63,865 bases of DNA from Octopus bimaculoides (lineage: Eukaryota): contig NC_068985.1 in assembly GCF_001194135.2 (NCBI RefSeq), positions 29,279,268-29,343,132 on the forward strand. Direction: 5' to 3'. Positions 12,959 through 26,226 of this stretch are shown piece after piece. Position numbers and translations under genes: made by a program. Each line of letters opens with the position of its first letter. Positions within the stretch are counted from its first letter, which is position 1. The notes beneath the pieces are model-generated. The model was not told the DNA's origin. It did no database searches and was given only the letters and a program-made list of their open reading frames with translations.

Positions 12959-13289
12959 GCTGCTGCTGCAAAATTAAAAAAAAAAAGGAAGAATGATCTT
13001 ATGCTAAGAATTATGAACTACTCCAAATCCAAATTGCAAGAGTTTGTTCAAGAAATGTATGACTGACAAAATATAGAAGCATATAGCATACAGTTAAAAC
13101 AAGAACTGGAAAAGCTACCATATGATCTATTTACGTAAATATACGAATCAACATTTTAAAATGTCTTCATTAATATTAATTATATTAGATACATGAGAAT
13201 AAAATTTAAGGGAGAATTTATAGTCAACCATTTATAATAATAGTATTCTATTGACCTCAGGAAATTGAACCACCGCCGCTGCCACTACC

Positions 13290-13390
13290 ACCACCACCAT
13301 CATCATCATTGTTTTAATGTCCACTTTTCAATGCTCACACAGGTTGACTGGAATATGTTGAGAGATTTCCTGCCTACCCAGAAGAATTTG
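13290..13390 (-). mobile_element. SINE family A decayed 3' fragment
   Basis: (CAT)n followed by tttaatgtccacttttcaatgc, the reverse complement of the family tail. Confidence 0.65.
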
Positions 13391-14354
13391 TACTTAGGTT
13401 TCTTGCTTATGAGCAGTCTGGTTGAAATTGCCCTCCAACATATCTCTTGCATGCATATGTGTGTGCACGCACACACACACACACACACACACACATACAA
13501 GTTTGGTATTTAAACTTTAAATCATAAGTTGTTCTTAAAACTACTCAATGATAAAATCTCCAATGTTGTCGGAGGTTGGATTCCTTAATTTTTTAACTTC
13601 GCAAAACCTTTTAAATTTTTGATTTTCTTAAGTTTTAAAAAATTTGATTTTTTTTAGCATTGTACAGTTTAAGCTGACTTGTAGCCTCTTAGTATAAATA
13701 ATGCTGATTCCTTGTTAGATACTATGTCAACTGTTGGAATATAGAGCCATCTTATCAAGTCCAAAATGCTAACTGACAATTTAGCAAGGATGGAGAGTAG
13801 AGAAGTGAAGTCAACATCAACAGGATTGGAATTTAAAATGCTAAAATACAATACTAAATAGTGAAAGATCTTTAATGCCAAACTATTGTAATTCAGATCA
13901 TTCATTGCTATTCCCATGACATACACTATTAGGATAATGTTCACGTTCCATTCTGCATTAGTGTGTGTGTGTGTTTAATGGTGTGTGACTTTCTACAAAA
14001 CTCAAAACCCACAAAGGAATACTGCTCTCTCATCTGGGACAGTGCAGCTGCAACTCACACAAACATCCTAGACAGTAGCTAAAAGATAGCAATCCAAAAT
14101 GATTGACAAAAATTCACTCACCAGCATAGGTATGCTGCATCCTTGCTTTGACAGCTACAACTTCTGCAGCCTCTACCTTTTGAAAGTATATAGTTGTGTG
14201 TCATCTTCCCAGCCTAAGTCTATCCACCTGAAATACCCTTGTCTCATCCTTTCAATCACATATGCTGTCTCTCTTACTTCATACACATTCAGACACCATG
14301 CTAACTGCTATTCCTAATCCTTTCTTCAAAGAATATCAACTCTCTGGAATTTTA

Positions 14355-14533
14355 TAAAAGCACTCACTACACTCTCAGAGTGGTTGGCGTTAGGAAGGGC
14401 ATCCAGCTGTAGAAACTCTGCCAAATCAGACTGGAGCCTGGTGTAGTCATCTGGTTCACCAGTCCTCAGTCAAATCGTCCAACCCAAGCTAGCATGGAAA
14501 GTGGATGTTAAACAATGATGATGATGATGATGA
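14355..14533 (+). mobile_element. SINE family A, young subfamily
   Basis: Near-identical by eye to the copies at 47692, 53941 and 62180. Confidence 0.88.
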
Positions 14534-15862
14534 TTTTCATGTACACATCAACTTACAGATGTTCAAACTGAACATCCATTATACCAATCTCACTAGTTCC
14601 AAAAGACTTGTTAAGGTCATGGATACTTCCCCCTCCACCCGACTAAGCCTCAAATACATAAATAAATATCTACTCTGATAGTGAATAAAATTGAACAATA
14701 AGATAGGCTTCCCTGTGAACAATAAACTAGGCTTTTACTGTGAACAACAAAATATACTTTTTACTGTGTAACATTTTAAAAATACTTGTTGCATGCAAAA
14801 TTACAAATAATGGAAACTATCTGAAATATTTTTGAATATTCATAAGGCATGCCTTTCAATTAAAATGTAATTCATTATAGAATGGCTAGTATAAATAAAG
14901 CATATATTTAGTATATATAAAAACTAGAGCCTATGATTGTACTCATTACATTTGCAAATAAGACTGAGAAAAATAGCACACATAGTAGAGATTGAACTGT
15001 GAAGCTGAATGGAAATGTTGGTTTATGATGTTCATGTTTTTCCCAAAATCATTTGAAACAAATAAAACAAAATGTTTCAGAACTGAAACCATTTTACATA
15101 CTTGACTCACTAAGTGCACTTTACAATAGATAATATTGATCTACTTTGACTATACCCTTAGTCAAACAAATTTTATAGAGGAAGAATAGTTGACTAAATC
15201 CACCCCCAGTATAAAACTGGTACTTATTTTATTTACTCTGATGAGATGAAAAGGCAAACAGAATATTAACTAGACTACTCAGCCTCAATACTGGTTTTTC
15301 TATTGGTACAAAGCCATAAATGACTAAAGCTGAAATACCATCATTTCAATGGAATCTTGTAAATGAGTTGTACTAAATTTATTAATGCCACAAGGATGAA
15401 AGGTAAAATCAATCATAATGGAGCTTGAAGTCAAAATGTAAAGAAACAAATCTAAATATCATAAGAGATGCACTGTGACATTTCTGTTAACATCCTCACT
15501 CCAGTGTAATTATTGATTTCTAACATTTGTACAAGACCAAATATAGTCAATTAAATCAACTCCAGTACTCACATGACTGATACTTTATTTCATCTACCCC
15601 ACGAAGGATGAAAGGCAATGTGGGCCTTGGCAGGATTTGAACTTAGAACATAAAAGTACAAAGCTAAACACCACAAGCCACTGTGTCCACCACATTAGTG
15701 ATTCTACCAATTTGCAGCCCGAGTGTAGTATAAACATTAACAGTAAACATAAATATTAGCATTATCAATAATTATAATTCTAGATGTTGCCAGAAATATT
15801 TGATGTTTAATGGACAATTTTTTAGATTATTTATTATTTTAGATAAATAACAAGATGCTTAC

Positions 15863-16055
15863 TTTTTACAATGCCCCACAATGTTTTTCTATAACGTACA
15901 TCACTTGTTACTTTGAGTCTACATTTGGTATAAGACGCTCTAGTGATGCAATACCGGTGCTCAACATAAAATGATTCAGTGTAAGGTACAGAAGCCATTG
16001 TGGTAGAAGTGTCGATGACATATAACATTCCAGGTTGACTCTGTTTGTAACACAC
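15863..16055 (-). CDS. GRAMD1: GRAMD1/Aster exon: VASt domain (VCYKQSQPGMLYVIDTSTTMASVPYTESFYVEHRYCITRASYTKCRLKVTSDVRYRKTLWGIVK)
   Basis: ccgttag acceptor, AAAA|gtaagc donor, 193 nt, phase 0 to 1. Contains the YVID...VPY.D/E.FY...RY...RL.V...RY.K..WG.VK signature. Confidence 0.97.
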
Positions 16056-19000
16056 CTAACGGGCAAAAGATAAGAAAAGAGAAAATGTACAAGCCAAATT
16101 GGAAAAGCAAATTTAGATACATAGATAATATAAAGAGATGAAATGTTACATGTTTGCTATACAGCATCTTTTTCCCTGGATCTGAAATCTGTCTTATCTC
16201 ATTAGTAAAGCAAAATTCTAACCTACTACTATTACTACTACTGCAGATATCATCCACTGTCTAACCACGACATTCTTCACTGAGCATTTTCATCTATTCA
16301 CATTAAATGAATGTTTATAATGCCCAGAAACTTTCAGATCTCATTCAGCATTAATAAACCACATTCATCTAGTTTTTCCCCAATCAATGAAGATCTCTTG
16401 AATGTATTAATAGTGTCTTGCTATAATATAGCACCACATATTATATATACACTTCAGGTTCTAAATAAATGGTAAGATGCAGTTAAAAAATAATTGCTAG
16501 CGAATTGGTATTGAAAAAAGACCTATATTTTTCTAAACTAAACAAAAAAAAGTCTCCAAAAATAGTAAATTAAAGGATTCTAAAACATCAACTTTATAAC
16601 AATGAAGCAACTTTTAGCAATACAAGTTCTATATTATGGTTAAGTTAACTGATATGCCAATCCTCTTCACCTTCAGATGTAAGATTCTTCTGAGGTTTTT
16701 TATCAATTTTCTTTCAATATATTTGCAGGTTAGAAATAACATCCTAATCTCTCTTCTATTTGTACAATTTAGAGAGAGTTTGTCAATGATCCTCTCCAAA
16801 CTTACAACTTAGTCATTCTAATTTAATTCATTATACATATATACGGTTGTGTTTGTAAAGTCAGAAATGCTTTCAAGCAGATAATATATAGCAGCAAGTG
16901 GAAAACATACAAATTTTTGAACTGGTAGAAGTTATTCTGTTGAGGCAATGTCAAGGAAGATGTTAACTGCTAGCAGCAGTGAGTGAAGCAAGACATCTGA
17001 CCCTTGGAGACAGTTAGCAATTTTGTTTCTGTTTAACTAATCAAAAAATGGCTCACAGAACCTGAATCACTACAGCAGTTTGCTTGACTATCTTGAGTGT
17101 TGGGTGCAAAGGATTTGTATAGATTGATTAATTTAGGTATGAAGTTTCACAAAGTCATTTAAAAGGTTATAATGTGAAACTTACAATGGGATATTAACAT
17201 ATCACCACTGAGGTATCCAAATAAATTCCACTCTACAACAAATGCTCTGTGAACACTTCCTAAAGTTACCATTTCTGAAAATTGAGTATGTTACGGACAC
17301 ACATTCGTCTGAAAGTAGAAGTTGTGTTTTTCAATGATGAAATACAACTGCCATTAACACATTCAAATTTGAATCTGCCTGAATGTATTAAGAAAGAATG
17401 AGTGTGCCATTGACACTATTCTCAAAATGGGCAAAACAACATCAAAGTGGCTTGGTCTTCAGTTTCAGATAAATTTCTGTAATAAGTTGTAGATAAGAAC
17501 CAAGAACCCGAATGCAAACCACTATTGAGTATTGTTCTAGCATTTGAAAGAATACAGTATTGTAATTATTCATATATAATAATTATGTATGATGTATACT
17601 CCTAATCTCCTAATTAAGAGTAACAGAATCCCATAAAAATATCTCTTGTGTATAATCTGCATTGACTTTTCTTTAATATTATGATATATAGAAAAAGAAG
17701 TGTTTACTTGGATGTATCATAATTCCTATATAAAATAAATTAAAACGTTCATACATCCTAAGCAAAACAAAAATGTGACCTTTCAAGTTTACAGGTGTAA
17801 GCCATAAAAGTGCATCTGCTGTAAAGCCAACATTCTAGAAATCATGCTATCATTTTTTTTCCTAGGAAATCAATCTCATTTTGATAATGACGGTCTACTT
17901 AAGCTTATACTCAGTATTACTTTTCAGTTTGCATAGCGATGAACACATGGTTACGTTACAGTAGAACAAAGTATTCATTGTTTAAGTCTGGCCTTTTTAA
18001 AAGTCATCTAATGCTTCTATTATACATTAAAAAAAAAACAGTCTTTGAATTTTGAATTTTGAACAAAAGACATTAATGATTTGGCAAACAATTTTTTAAT
18101 CTAAAAGAATTTTTTTTTTTATAATTAAAAACAAAATTAATTAGAATCTTAACAAATTGAAATTCATCATTTATGTTTTCAGAAAGTAAAAGGATATTTT
18201 AACCACCCACTATCTCATCTGTAATTTCATGGGATATAAATTGTGTTGATATTGTGTGGACACTATGTATTTATAGAACAAATTTTGTTCCAGTTAAAAC
18301 CCCAAAAGTGATTAATTGCTATCAATGTCAATTTTATTTCCTGGTTACTTTATATAAATAACCATGAGCAAAATTTTGTTGCATTTAGTTGGACACTGAG
18401 TGCTACAATCTCTAATGTAAACAACTCTGAAAAGTGACTGTGTAAGATATTAAGTGCACCTGTAACATAAAGCTTTATTGTATACTTATAATGATCATAA
18501 CATAATATGACTATCATAGAAAAATAAAACATTATTATAGTATTAAACTCTTTGTCATGCACCAATTAACTTTTAGCTTCAGCAATGGGCATAATTTATT
18601 TCAGGTCATATCATCCCAAATATGGTTACATACTTAGGAGTTGGGAAAAATGAGTAACATTTAGTTATTCATTTTTACCTAATTTTTAGGTTTTAAAATT
18701 TTGAAGAAAAAATTGCATATGACATGCAAATAAAAATGGCATGTTCAATCACTGGTACTCATTCAGAAGACAGCCATCTGCCTGCTTGACAAACCCTTTT
18801 TAAACCTTGATCCATGATTACATTCATGTCTGCATCTTCACAAACATACAGCACCACCCACTTTGCTTTTCACAATTCCAGAATTACATTATCAGTAGTT
18901 CTTCATTCAATAGCAGTATTTTGGCCACAAAATACTTCTACAAACTTTGATATCTACCATGTTAACTGCTCAGACCTCACTAATTCTCTTCCACCCCATC

Positions 19001-19141
19001 TCTATGTCAGCTATGGACAATGTTTTCTTACTGGATTACACTTTATCCAGTCGGCTTGTGTGCATTTCATGTACATAATATCAGAACTATTTTCTTTAAT
19101 AGTAATTATTAATAGTATAAGTTTATAATGAAATGACCAAC

Positions 19142-19266
19142 CTGATTCTCAGTAGCTGTTGAGTTCTTTGGCCCCAGAGATGCTCCCAGTGTCAGAGTAT
19201 ATGTTATTGTACGCTGCCGATTTCCATCAGCATCAGGTTCTTCTTGCCAAGGAGGAAGGACTAGTT
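19142..19266 (-). CDS. GRAMD1: GRAMD1/Aster exon: VASt domain (E-LVLPPWQEEPDADGNRQRTITYTLTLGASLGPKNSTATENQ)
   Basis: ttttcag acceptor, CAG|gttggt donor, 125 nt, phase 1 to 0. Shows the PW...GNxxRxIxYTxTL...PK...E.Q pattern of VASt. Confidence 0.95.
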
Positions 19267-20290
19267 CTGAAAATAATTATTAAATCCATTACAAAAGACT
19301 ACTTTGGATAATTAAAGCTAGTAAATGTATAAATATTAGGAAAATGTAACACCATGTTATTATTTGGTAAGAATGTACAGAAAGCAGTCAAATCTTTGTT
19401 TCTAGTTTCTAGAAATCAAGTATTATTAATGATAACCTTTTGAATCAATATCTCTGTCAGGAACCCTTCAGTTCTGAACAAAATACTGAGCATTAATCTA
19501 CGAAAAAGGCTTGTTGTATGTTATGAATAATTGTAGGTTTCTACAAAGCATGAACATATTCATTCTTTTACAAATGTATGTATCAATAAAAAAAATCTGC
19601 AAAAGAGAAAACTATTGCTAGGTTTATTAATTATTTAGAGGCAAGATAGCCTGTAAAACTGTAGCAACTAACATAGAAATGTATCTCAGTCATGCTATCT
19701 GAACTGAACTGGAAGCTATACTACTCGCTCTCTCTCTTTACCAGAGCTCAACTAGAATAAGGAATCAAGGGGAGAGGCTGGCAGCAATAGTTCTCTGTCA
19801 TGCATTGGCTATATAAACAGAACACAAAACAGTCCTCTTTCTCTTCAGCCATAGCAAAGAGTCATTAGAATTGGTTGTTTCCTATTCTTGTATCAGCTAG
19901 TCTTGACACAAGACCTGTTTAAGTTGAATGAGACATCAGTTTTCTATATCATGATTCTACCAGGTTACCGATCACATATGTTGATTTCTTTCTTTCTTTT
20001 TTTTTTTTATCTCAGCAACATTTCTTAAAACAATCAAATGAAGACACTACCTCTGCAAACATGTGTTACCTCAAATCTTGAAATCTTGTTTTTATAAATG
20101 TTGCAACTGAAAATTTTTTTCTTTTATTTGTATGAATTACTTTCTTGTTTGAAACTGCACTTTCATGGACATTTCAAAGTAAACCCAAACTGTTTAATCA
20201 CATTGAAAAGTATACGACTTAGGCTGGTAAAAGCTTACTGTTTTGCGGTATGTAGGAAATAAAGGAGAACTTTATACACACACACATGTA

Positions 20291-20327
<37 letters not shown>

Positions 20328-21236
20328 NNNNNNNNNNNNNNNNNNNNNNNNNNNNNNNNNNNNNNNNNNNNNNNNNNNNNNNNNNNNNNNNNNNNNNNNN
20401 NNNNNNNNNNNNNNNNNNNNNNNNNNNNNNNNNNNNNNNNNNNNNNNNNNNNNNNNNNNNNNNNNNNNNNNNNNNNNNNNNNNNNNNNNNNATATATATA
20501 TATATATAGTATATCAAAGTTGACAATCTACTCAGAGTTTTCACCTTAGCATGGCTAGTCATGACTGTTCAGCCGAGCAAAGGGTGAAATTCACAGTAGA
20601 TTGTCAACTTTAATATAATAAATAAATATCTATCCACTTTACCCTGCATATTGAGTTCTATACCAGATAATTTTTGCACTATGTAAGACATATTACTGAT
20701 ATATTCTACTACTATTACATTACCATGCACACTTACACACTTTATGGTTGTTGTCTGCCACATCATGATCATCTATATCTGTCCCAACACCAAACCACAT
20801 CAATAATTCTAAAAGCTTGAACCTATGCAAGAAATCAGAACTTGTAAGGAGAATATCCACCACTTTTCTTTTTCTTTAAATAATTTTCTAATTACTGTTT
20901 CAAAATTTGAACAAGTTACAGATATGGAATGGAAGTGTGGAAGTATAAAAGAAACACAAATTTCACAAGATATTTTTGTTGTTTTTTTTCCCCCACAAAT
21001 AATTATATATGCAATGGATTAGTGGGTGACAATGACAGCTTCATTATTTTTGATATCTCAGAGCAGTTTATCAAAACTAACTATCAAACTCCCACCAAAA
21101 TGTAAAACTTATTCTAATTACAATTATTAAGAGTTTTGAAAGTTTGCACTAAAAAATTTCTTACTTGTATATCTTTAATAATTTACACATCTTTTACAGC
21201 AGAAAGTAAAGAACCTCAAAGACAATTTATGCTTAC

Positions 21237-21380
21237 CATAAGTTTTCCTGACTTCAGCAAAATGCCTGAAAAATGGAGAATCTGTGAAGAGATATTCAAA
21301 CATTTTGTCCACTGGAATACTGAAGACTTCATTCATGTAAGTCTTAGAAAAATGTTCGTGTCCAGTACAGATAATTTCTC
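21237..21380 (-). CDS. GRAMD1: GRAMD1/Aster exon: start of the VASt domain (EIICTGHEHFSKTYMNEVFSIPVDKMFEYLFTDSPFFRHFAEVRKTY)
   Basis: tttcag acceptor, TATG|gtaagc donor, 144 nt, phase 1 to 1. Matches the VASt N-terminal motif NEVFxxxVDKxxxxLFTxSPF of the GRAMD1 family. Confidence 0.95.
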
Positions 21381-21789
21381 CTGAAATGAAAAAGAACATC
21401 TTATATAGAAGTGAACAAACATCAAAGTGAAAAGCTCAACAAATAAGAAAATACATTCAAGGGGTGAGTTTTATATTAATGAATGAATAAAATTATGTGA
21501 ACTATTGTAAGGATGTAAAATACTTTAAATACTTCATCATATTGATATTAAAACCAATCTGTCATAAATCCTATCACTATATTAGGAAATGAAAGGTGAG
21601 AGAGTTAGTACAAAGACAGATTAACATACTACAGAATATACAACAAATGGTCAACCTGTAATAAATTCTAACAACTTCATCAATAATCAAAATTTAAGTT
21701 AATATCAATTTCTATATTAGAAACATCTTAGATATTAAACTGACAAAAATAGATACTGCTTTTTGATATTAGACAAAAAGTCCTCTACA

Positions 21790-21970
21790 CAGCTATCCAA
21801 CTCTCAAGAAATAGCGACTGAATAGCCTTCAAATCATACCATGGCATCTCAAAAAAGAGGACATTGAGATAATATAGTCTTAGATAACTTAACCTGAAAA
21901 AGATGGGATAGCCACAGCTGAAATGTCTTTGATCATAGGATTGCTTGATCAGAGCTGACCTGAGACTAAA
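21790..21970 (+). repeat. Interspersed repeat (SINE-like family F 3' region)
   Basis: gatgggatagccacagctgaaatgtctttgatcatagg...gagctgacctgagactaaa. Reverse-complement relatives at ~25190-25310, 28650-28695 and 42100-42200. Confidence 0.55.
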
Positions 21971-23364
21971 TGAGAATACTACAGGAGACAGGATCTTTCA
22001 AACCTGCAGTTAAAGAGTGTATTGTAAGTCAAATGTCAACAGCCTGTTGTGTATGTTCCAATCATGCTAAATACTTCTTCTACTGATAGCCAAAATCTTC
22101 TCATTATTAGACATCAATGAGGATAGTCTTTAAACTGAATTTTATGATATATTAATTTTAGGAATAGTACTCTTTGTCAATTTGCATCAAAGTAGATAAT
22201 ATAATTAGGTTTATGTTCAGCTGTACACATCCCATGAAAGAAGTAACATTATCCAACATAAACACATTAGCTGGTAGAGCAGAAGACCTCTGGCTATTCT
22301 TTGAAGGAATGGAATTAATCTTAAAAGATAAATTAATAAATACCAAGTGGTAGAAACCAGTTTGACATGCTTGGATTAATCGGCTTCAGCGTAATGAGAG
22401 ACGTGGACTATCAAATATCTAAATAATTTAACAAGAGTATATTATATGAAGCATCTGGTGAGTATATAAAAATAATAACCTAAATACATAGTTTAAAGCA
22501 TTTATAAATTGTTAATTAAAATTGTACTACTGTATTTTATTTTGATCTATTTTTTAAATAGACAGCCAAGACCATATCGAAAACAAGTCACCTGACTGAT
22601 TGACATGAAGAGTCATGCTTGTTTATCAATACTAAAATGTTCTCTTCTGATCTTGTGACACCTCCACTCAGAATAACTTGACTCACTCATCTCTCCTCTT
22701 CTCATTCCCCATATTGTATCCACCCCCACTATGTCACACACTAATTTTTCCCTATTCAGAACAACACCCCTTTGGAGTTCCTTTCCTACCCATATTTTCA
22801 CAGCAGCTATCAACCTGTAATTGTTCCAGAAGAACATCAGCTATTTCAACTTCACTAGTCCCATGTTGTCTGCAAAAGCCAAGGGCACAGCCTCTTCTTT
22901 CAGACCAAACCATTAAAATATATCATCATCCTCATCATTGCTTTTTTTACAATTGCATTTGCCATGCTGTTAGGGACTGGATGAGACTTCTTGAGGCATT
23001 ATTCTATGGCTGGAAGTCCTTCCTGATACCAATTCTTGCTTTTCAAGTAAGGTACTTTATTTCATACCTTTGCAAGTTAAACAACTACTGGAAATTTTGA
23101 TTATAGCAAATATAAACAACATCACGGCTACCCAAAAAGAGGCAATGCAAAGACACAGGAGACAAACACACTAACATTTATAACCACAGGCACACACACA
23201 CACACACACACACACACAGGCTTCTGAATAGTATTGTTTCCATTGACAAAATTTCACTCACAACTATTCCTTTTTCTCTCTCTGAATGTGCATGTGTGTG
23301 TGTGTGTGTGTGTGTGTGTATGATGAAGGTATGTACATACATGTACATATATATGCATACACTC

Positions 23365-23404
<40 letters not shown>

Positions 23405-25844
23405 TCTCTGCCTTTGCAATGTCTTCATGAACTGAAAAAGAGGCATCAATTTGACTAATTTCAACCTTACATTGGTATACTCATAAATCCACTATTACTA
23501 ATACGTATATATGCAAACTGTTGCATATATTTACTTAAAGCCTTCATAATAGTTGATTTCTAAGCAGTGATTCCATGGGCAGTTAAAAAGTGTACTCATT
23601 GGAGCAAAAACACTGTTAACATACCAGTAATTTATATATTTTTCTTGTATATGTTCATAGTTATGCTTTCATAAAGAACATACATCTGTGTGCATACATG
23701 TGTCTGTGCTTGTACCAAAAGAACTAAGTCAGCATTGAGAAATATGACTATAAATTTGAAATATATTGTTAGCCTGGAGTCCCAAGTTATATATTCCTTT
23801 TGCTGGTTAATGACAATAACAACAACACTGATACTAATGACTATTAACAGAGAGAATATAAAAAAAAAATTTTTTAAAAACCCTACATTCAGAGTGAAAG
23901 ATTTAATAAATAATTGAAATCCTGAAATAAGTAAAAAAAAAAAATTTGATTATTTATTAAATAAGGACTGCACAAAAAAGAGAGTGTGTGAGAGAAGAAT
24001 TCTCTTCATTAACAAATGATATCAATCTATCTGAGACTGCTTTTGGTCCTATGATATAAACCTCCTGTTTTAAAGTGCTCTATCAGAAATTAAAACTTCT
24101 CATGTTAATTTATGCTAAGACATCAACTTAATAATTACAGTTATTTCACTAAATTCTTTTCAAAACTAACTGAAACAAAATTAATGCAGTTCAACTGAAA
24201 TATGGTAAAAAAAAAAGATTAAACATGTCAAACACAAAAACAAATCTTCCTTTGACAGACACAGTATAATTGTGAGAAAATAAATATCATATATAAGAAA
24301 TATGCAAATTTATATGATAAAAACATTTTAAAGAGAAATAATGTCAAGCGAAACACTCACTCACATAATGAAAAAGATAAGAATAGGATATATCCAATCA
24401 TATTATGTAGCCTATTCCACAAAAGAACATTTGATCAAAACCAAGACTCTAAGAAAAGTCAATGTTGGAGTTTCAACCAAGGCAAGGACAGAAACGTCAG
24501 AACTAAGATTTCATGAAACAAGTAATAAAAAGATAATTTCAATAACAATTATATGAGCCCAGAATCTATCTGATGTCACATTAGAATCTACATCACTTAA
24601 GATTCTTCGGTTTTGAAACAATTTAACTAAGCTGAGAAATACTGTCATTCAATGAGACAGAAAAGATAAAAATTTCAACAGAGAGGATCCAACAATTCCT
24701 ACTGGGACTAAAATCAATACCAGAAGAGACCAATAGTGTTATTTTAGGAAATATCTAACAAATTTTGATTCATTCATTGATGCATGCAAGCATGTATCTA
24801 TATATGTATGTGTAATGTCTATTAAAAAACTAGCAACTCTTATTTCGACACAATGTTATGGCTAGCAATTTGAATAAAACAGAACAAGCACAAAAAACTA
24901 CCACCTTCAGAGGCAAGAAAGTATTTCCGCCTCAACTTGAAAGGCAGATTACAGAAAGCATTTAAGAATTTGATAACACATAGAGATTAAATCTGAAGAG
25001 TGAATTTAAAGAATCTACAGTAACTAGAGAGGAAGGACATATGTATAGCATAGTCCATTAGATGCATAGTATAGTCCAATTTATGGGAAAGGATAAATAG
25101 TGGCCAGAGAAAGTAAGTGATCATCAAAAGAAATGGCTGGTGAATGCAGGGAAGACAACTATAAAGTTAGCAGTAAGTGTTAGAGCAGATCTATGATGTC
25201 CCAGCAGTGACCATCTCATCTTTTTCGTATCTTTAGAACTACATAACCTAAAGTGTGTCCTTCCTTTAACAAGATATTATGGTATGCTTTGAGGGAATTT
25301 AGCCTTTCCTTTACAGAGAAGCTGTTTTGTTGGTTCATGGTTTGAAGTAGAACTTCAAAAGGATTCAGGACACCTACATATGCCTAGGTAAAAGTACAGC
25401 AGACCAATTTATATAATGCCACTATGGAGAATAAAAGTTATTGCTACTATGATGATGATGATGGTGACATGGAAGAGAAAAAGAAAGGAAGGACGAGAAG
25501 TAGATTTAAGAAGGGGTTTGAGATGAAGGTTGATACAGATAACGGTATTACAGATTATCTGTTTGTTCCAGCTGAGCAAACTTCCAACACACATGAAGGG
25601 ATAGTCAGTAGAATGTAAAATATGACATTTACATTCTTCAGCATTATACGAAATACCATCTGCAATCATTAAGTGAAATAACAATCATGATCATCATGTA
25701 TTTTAGATCATCAAATGTAAAGTTTACACAGAACATAGTTTTATACTAGAATGGTAAATATAGCATTTGTCTGAGATTAAACAGCAATAACATCGCGCGC
25801 ATGCGCGCGTGTGTATTAATTTGTTCATTTTGCATATTTTCCTA

Positions 25845-26226
25845 TGCTGGCACTGTGTGGTTAAGAAGCTCACTTTGTAACCACATGGTTTTGGGTTCAG
25901 TCCCACTGCACAGCATCATGAGCTAGTGGTTTTCATTATAGCCCAAGCTAACTAAAGCCTTGTGAGTGAATTTGGGAGACAGAAACTGTGTGAAAGCCCA
26001 TCATGTGCATATGTGTGTCTTTGTGTCTGTTCATTTGTACCCTTCCATGGAAAACATGTTTGGCTATGAGGAAACATTAATTTGCTTGGAAATAGATGAG
26101 GGTTGGCAACAGGAAGAGCGTCCAGGTGTAGGAAATCTGCCACAACAAATTCTGTCTGATCCATGCAAGCATGGAAAAGTGGACAATAAATAATGATGAT
26201 GATGCTGATGATGAAAAATGATGATG
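25845..26226 (+). mobile_element. SINE with tRNA-like head (tgtgtggttaagaag...gggttcagtccca) and family A-type (GAT)n tail
   Basis: A/B-box-like head at ~25850-25910, body gccttgtgagtgaatttgg, core and tail at 26080-26226. Confidence 0.75.
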
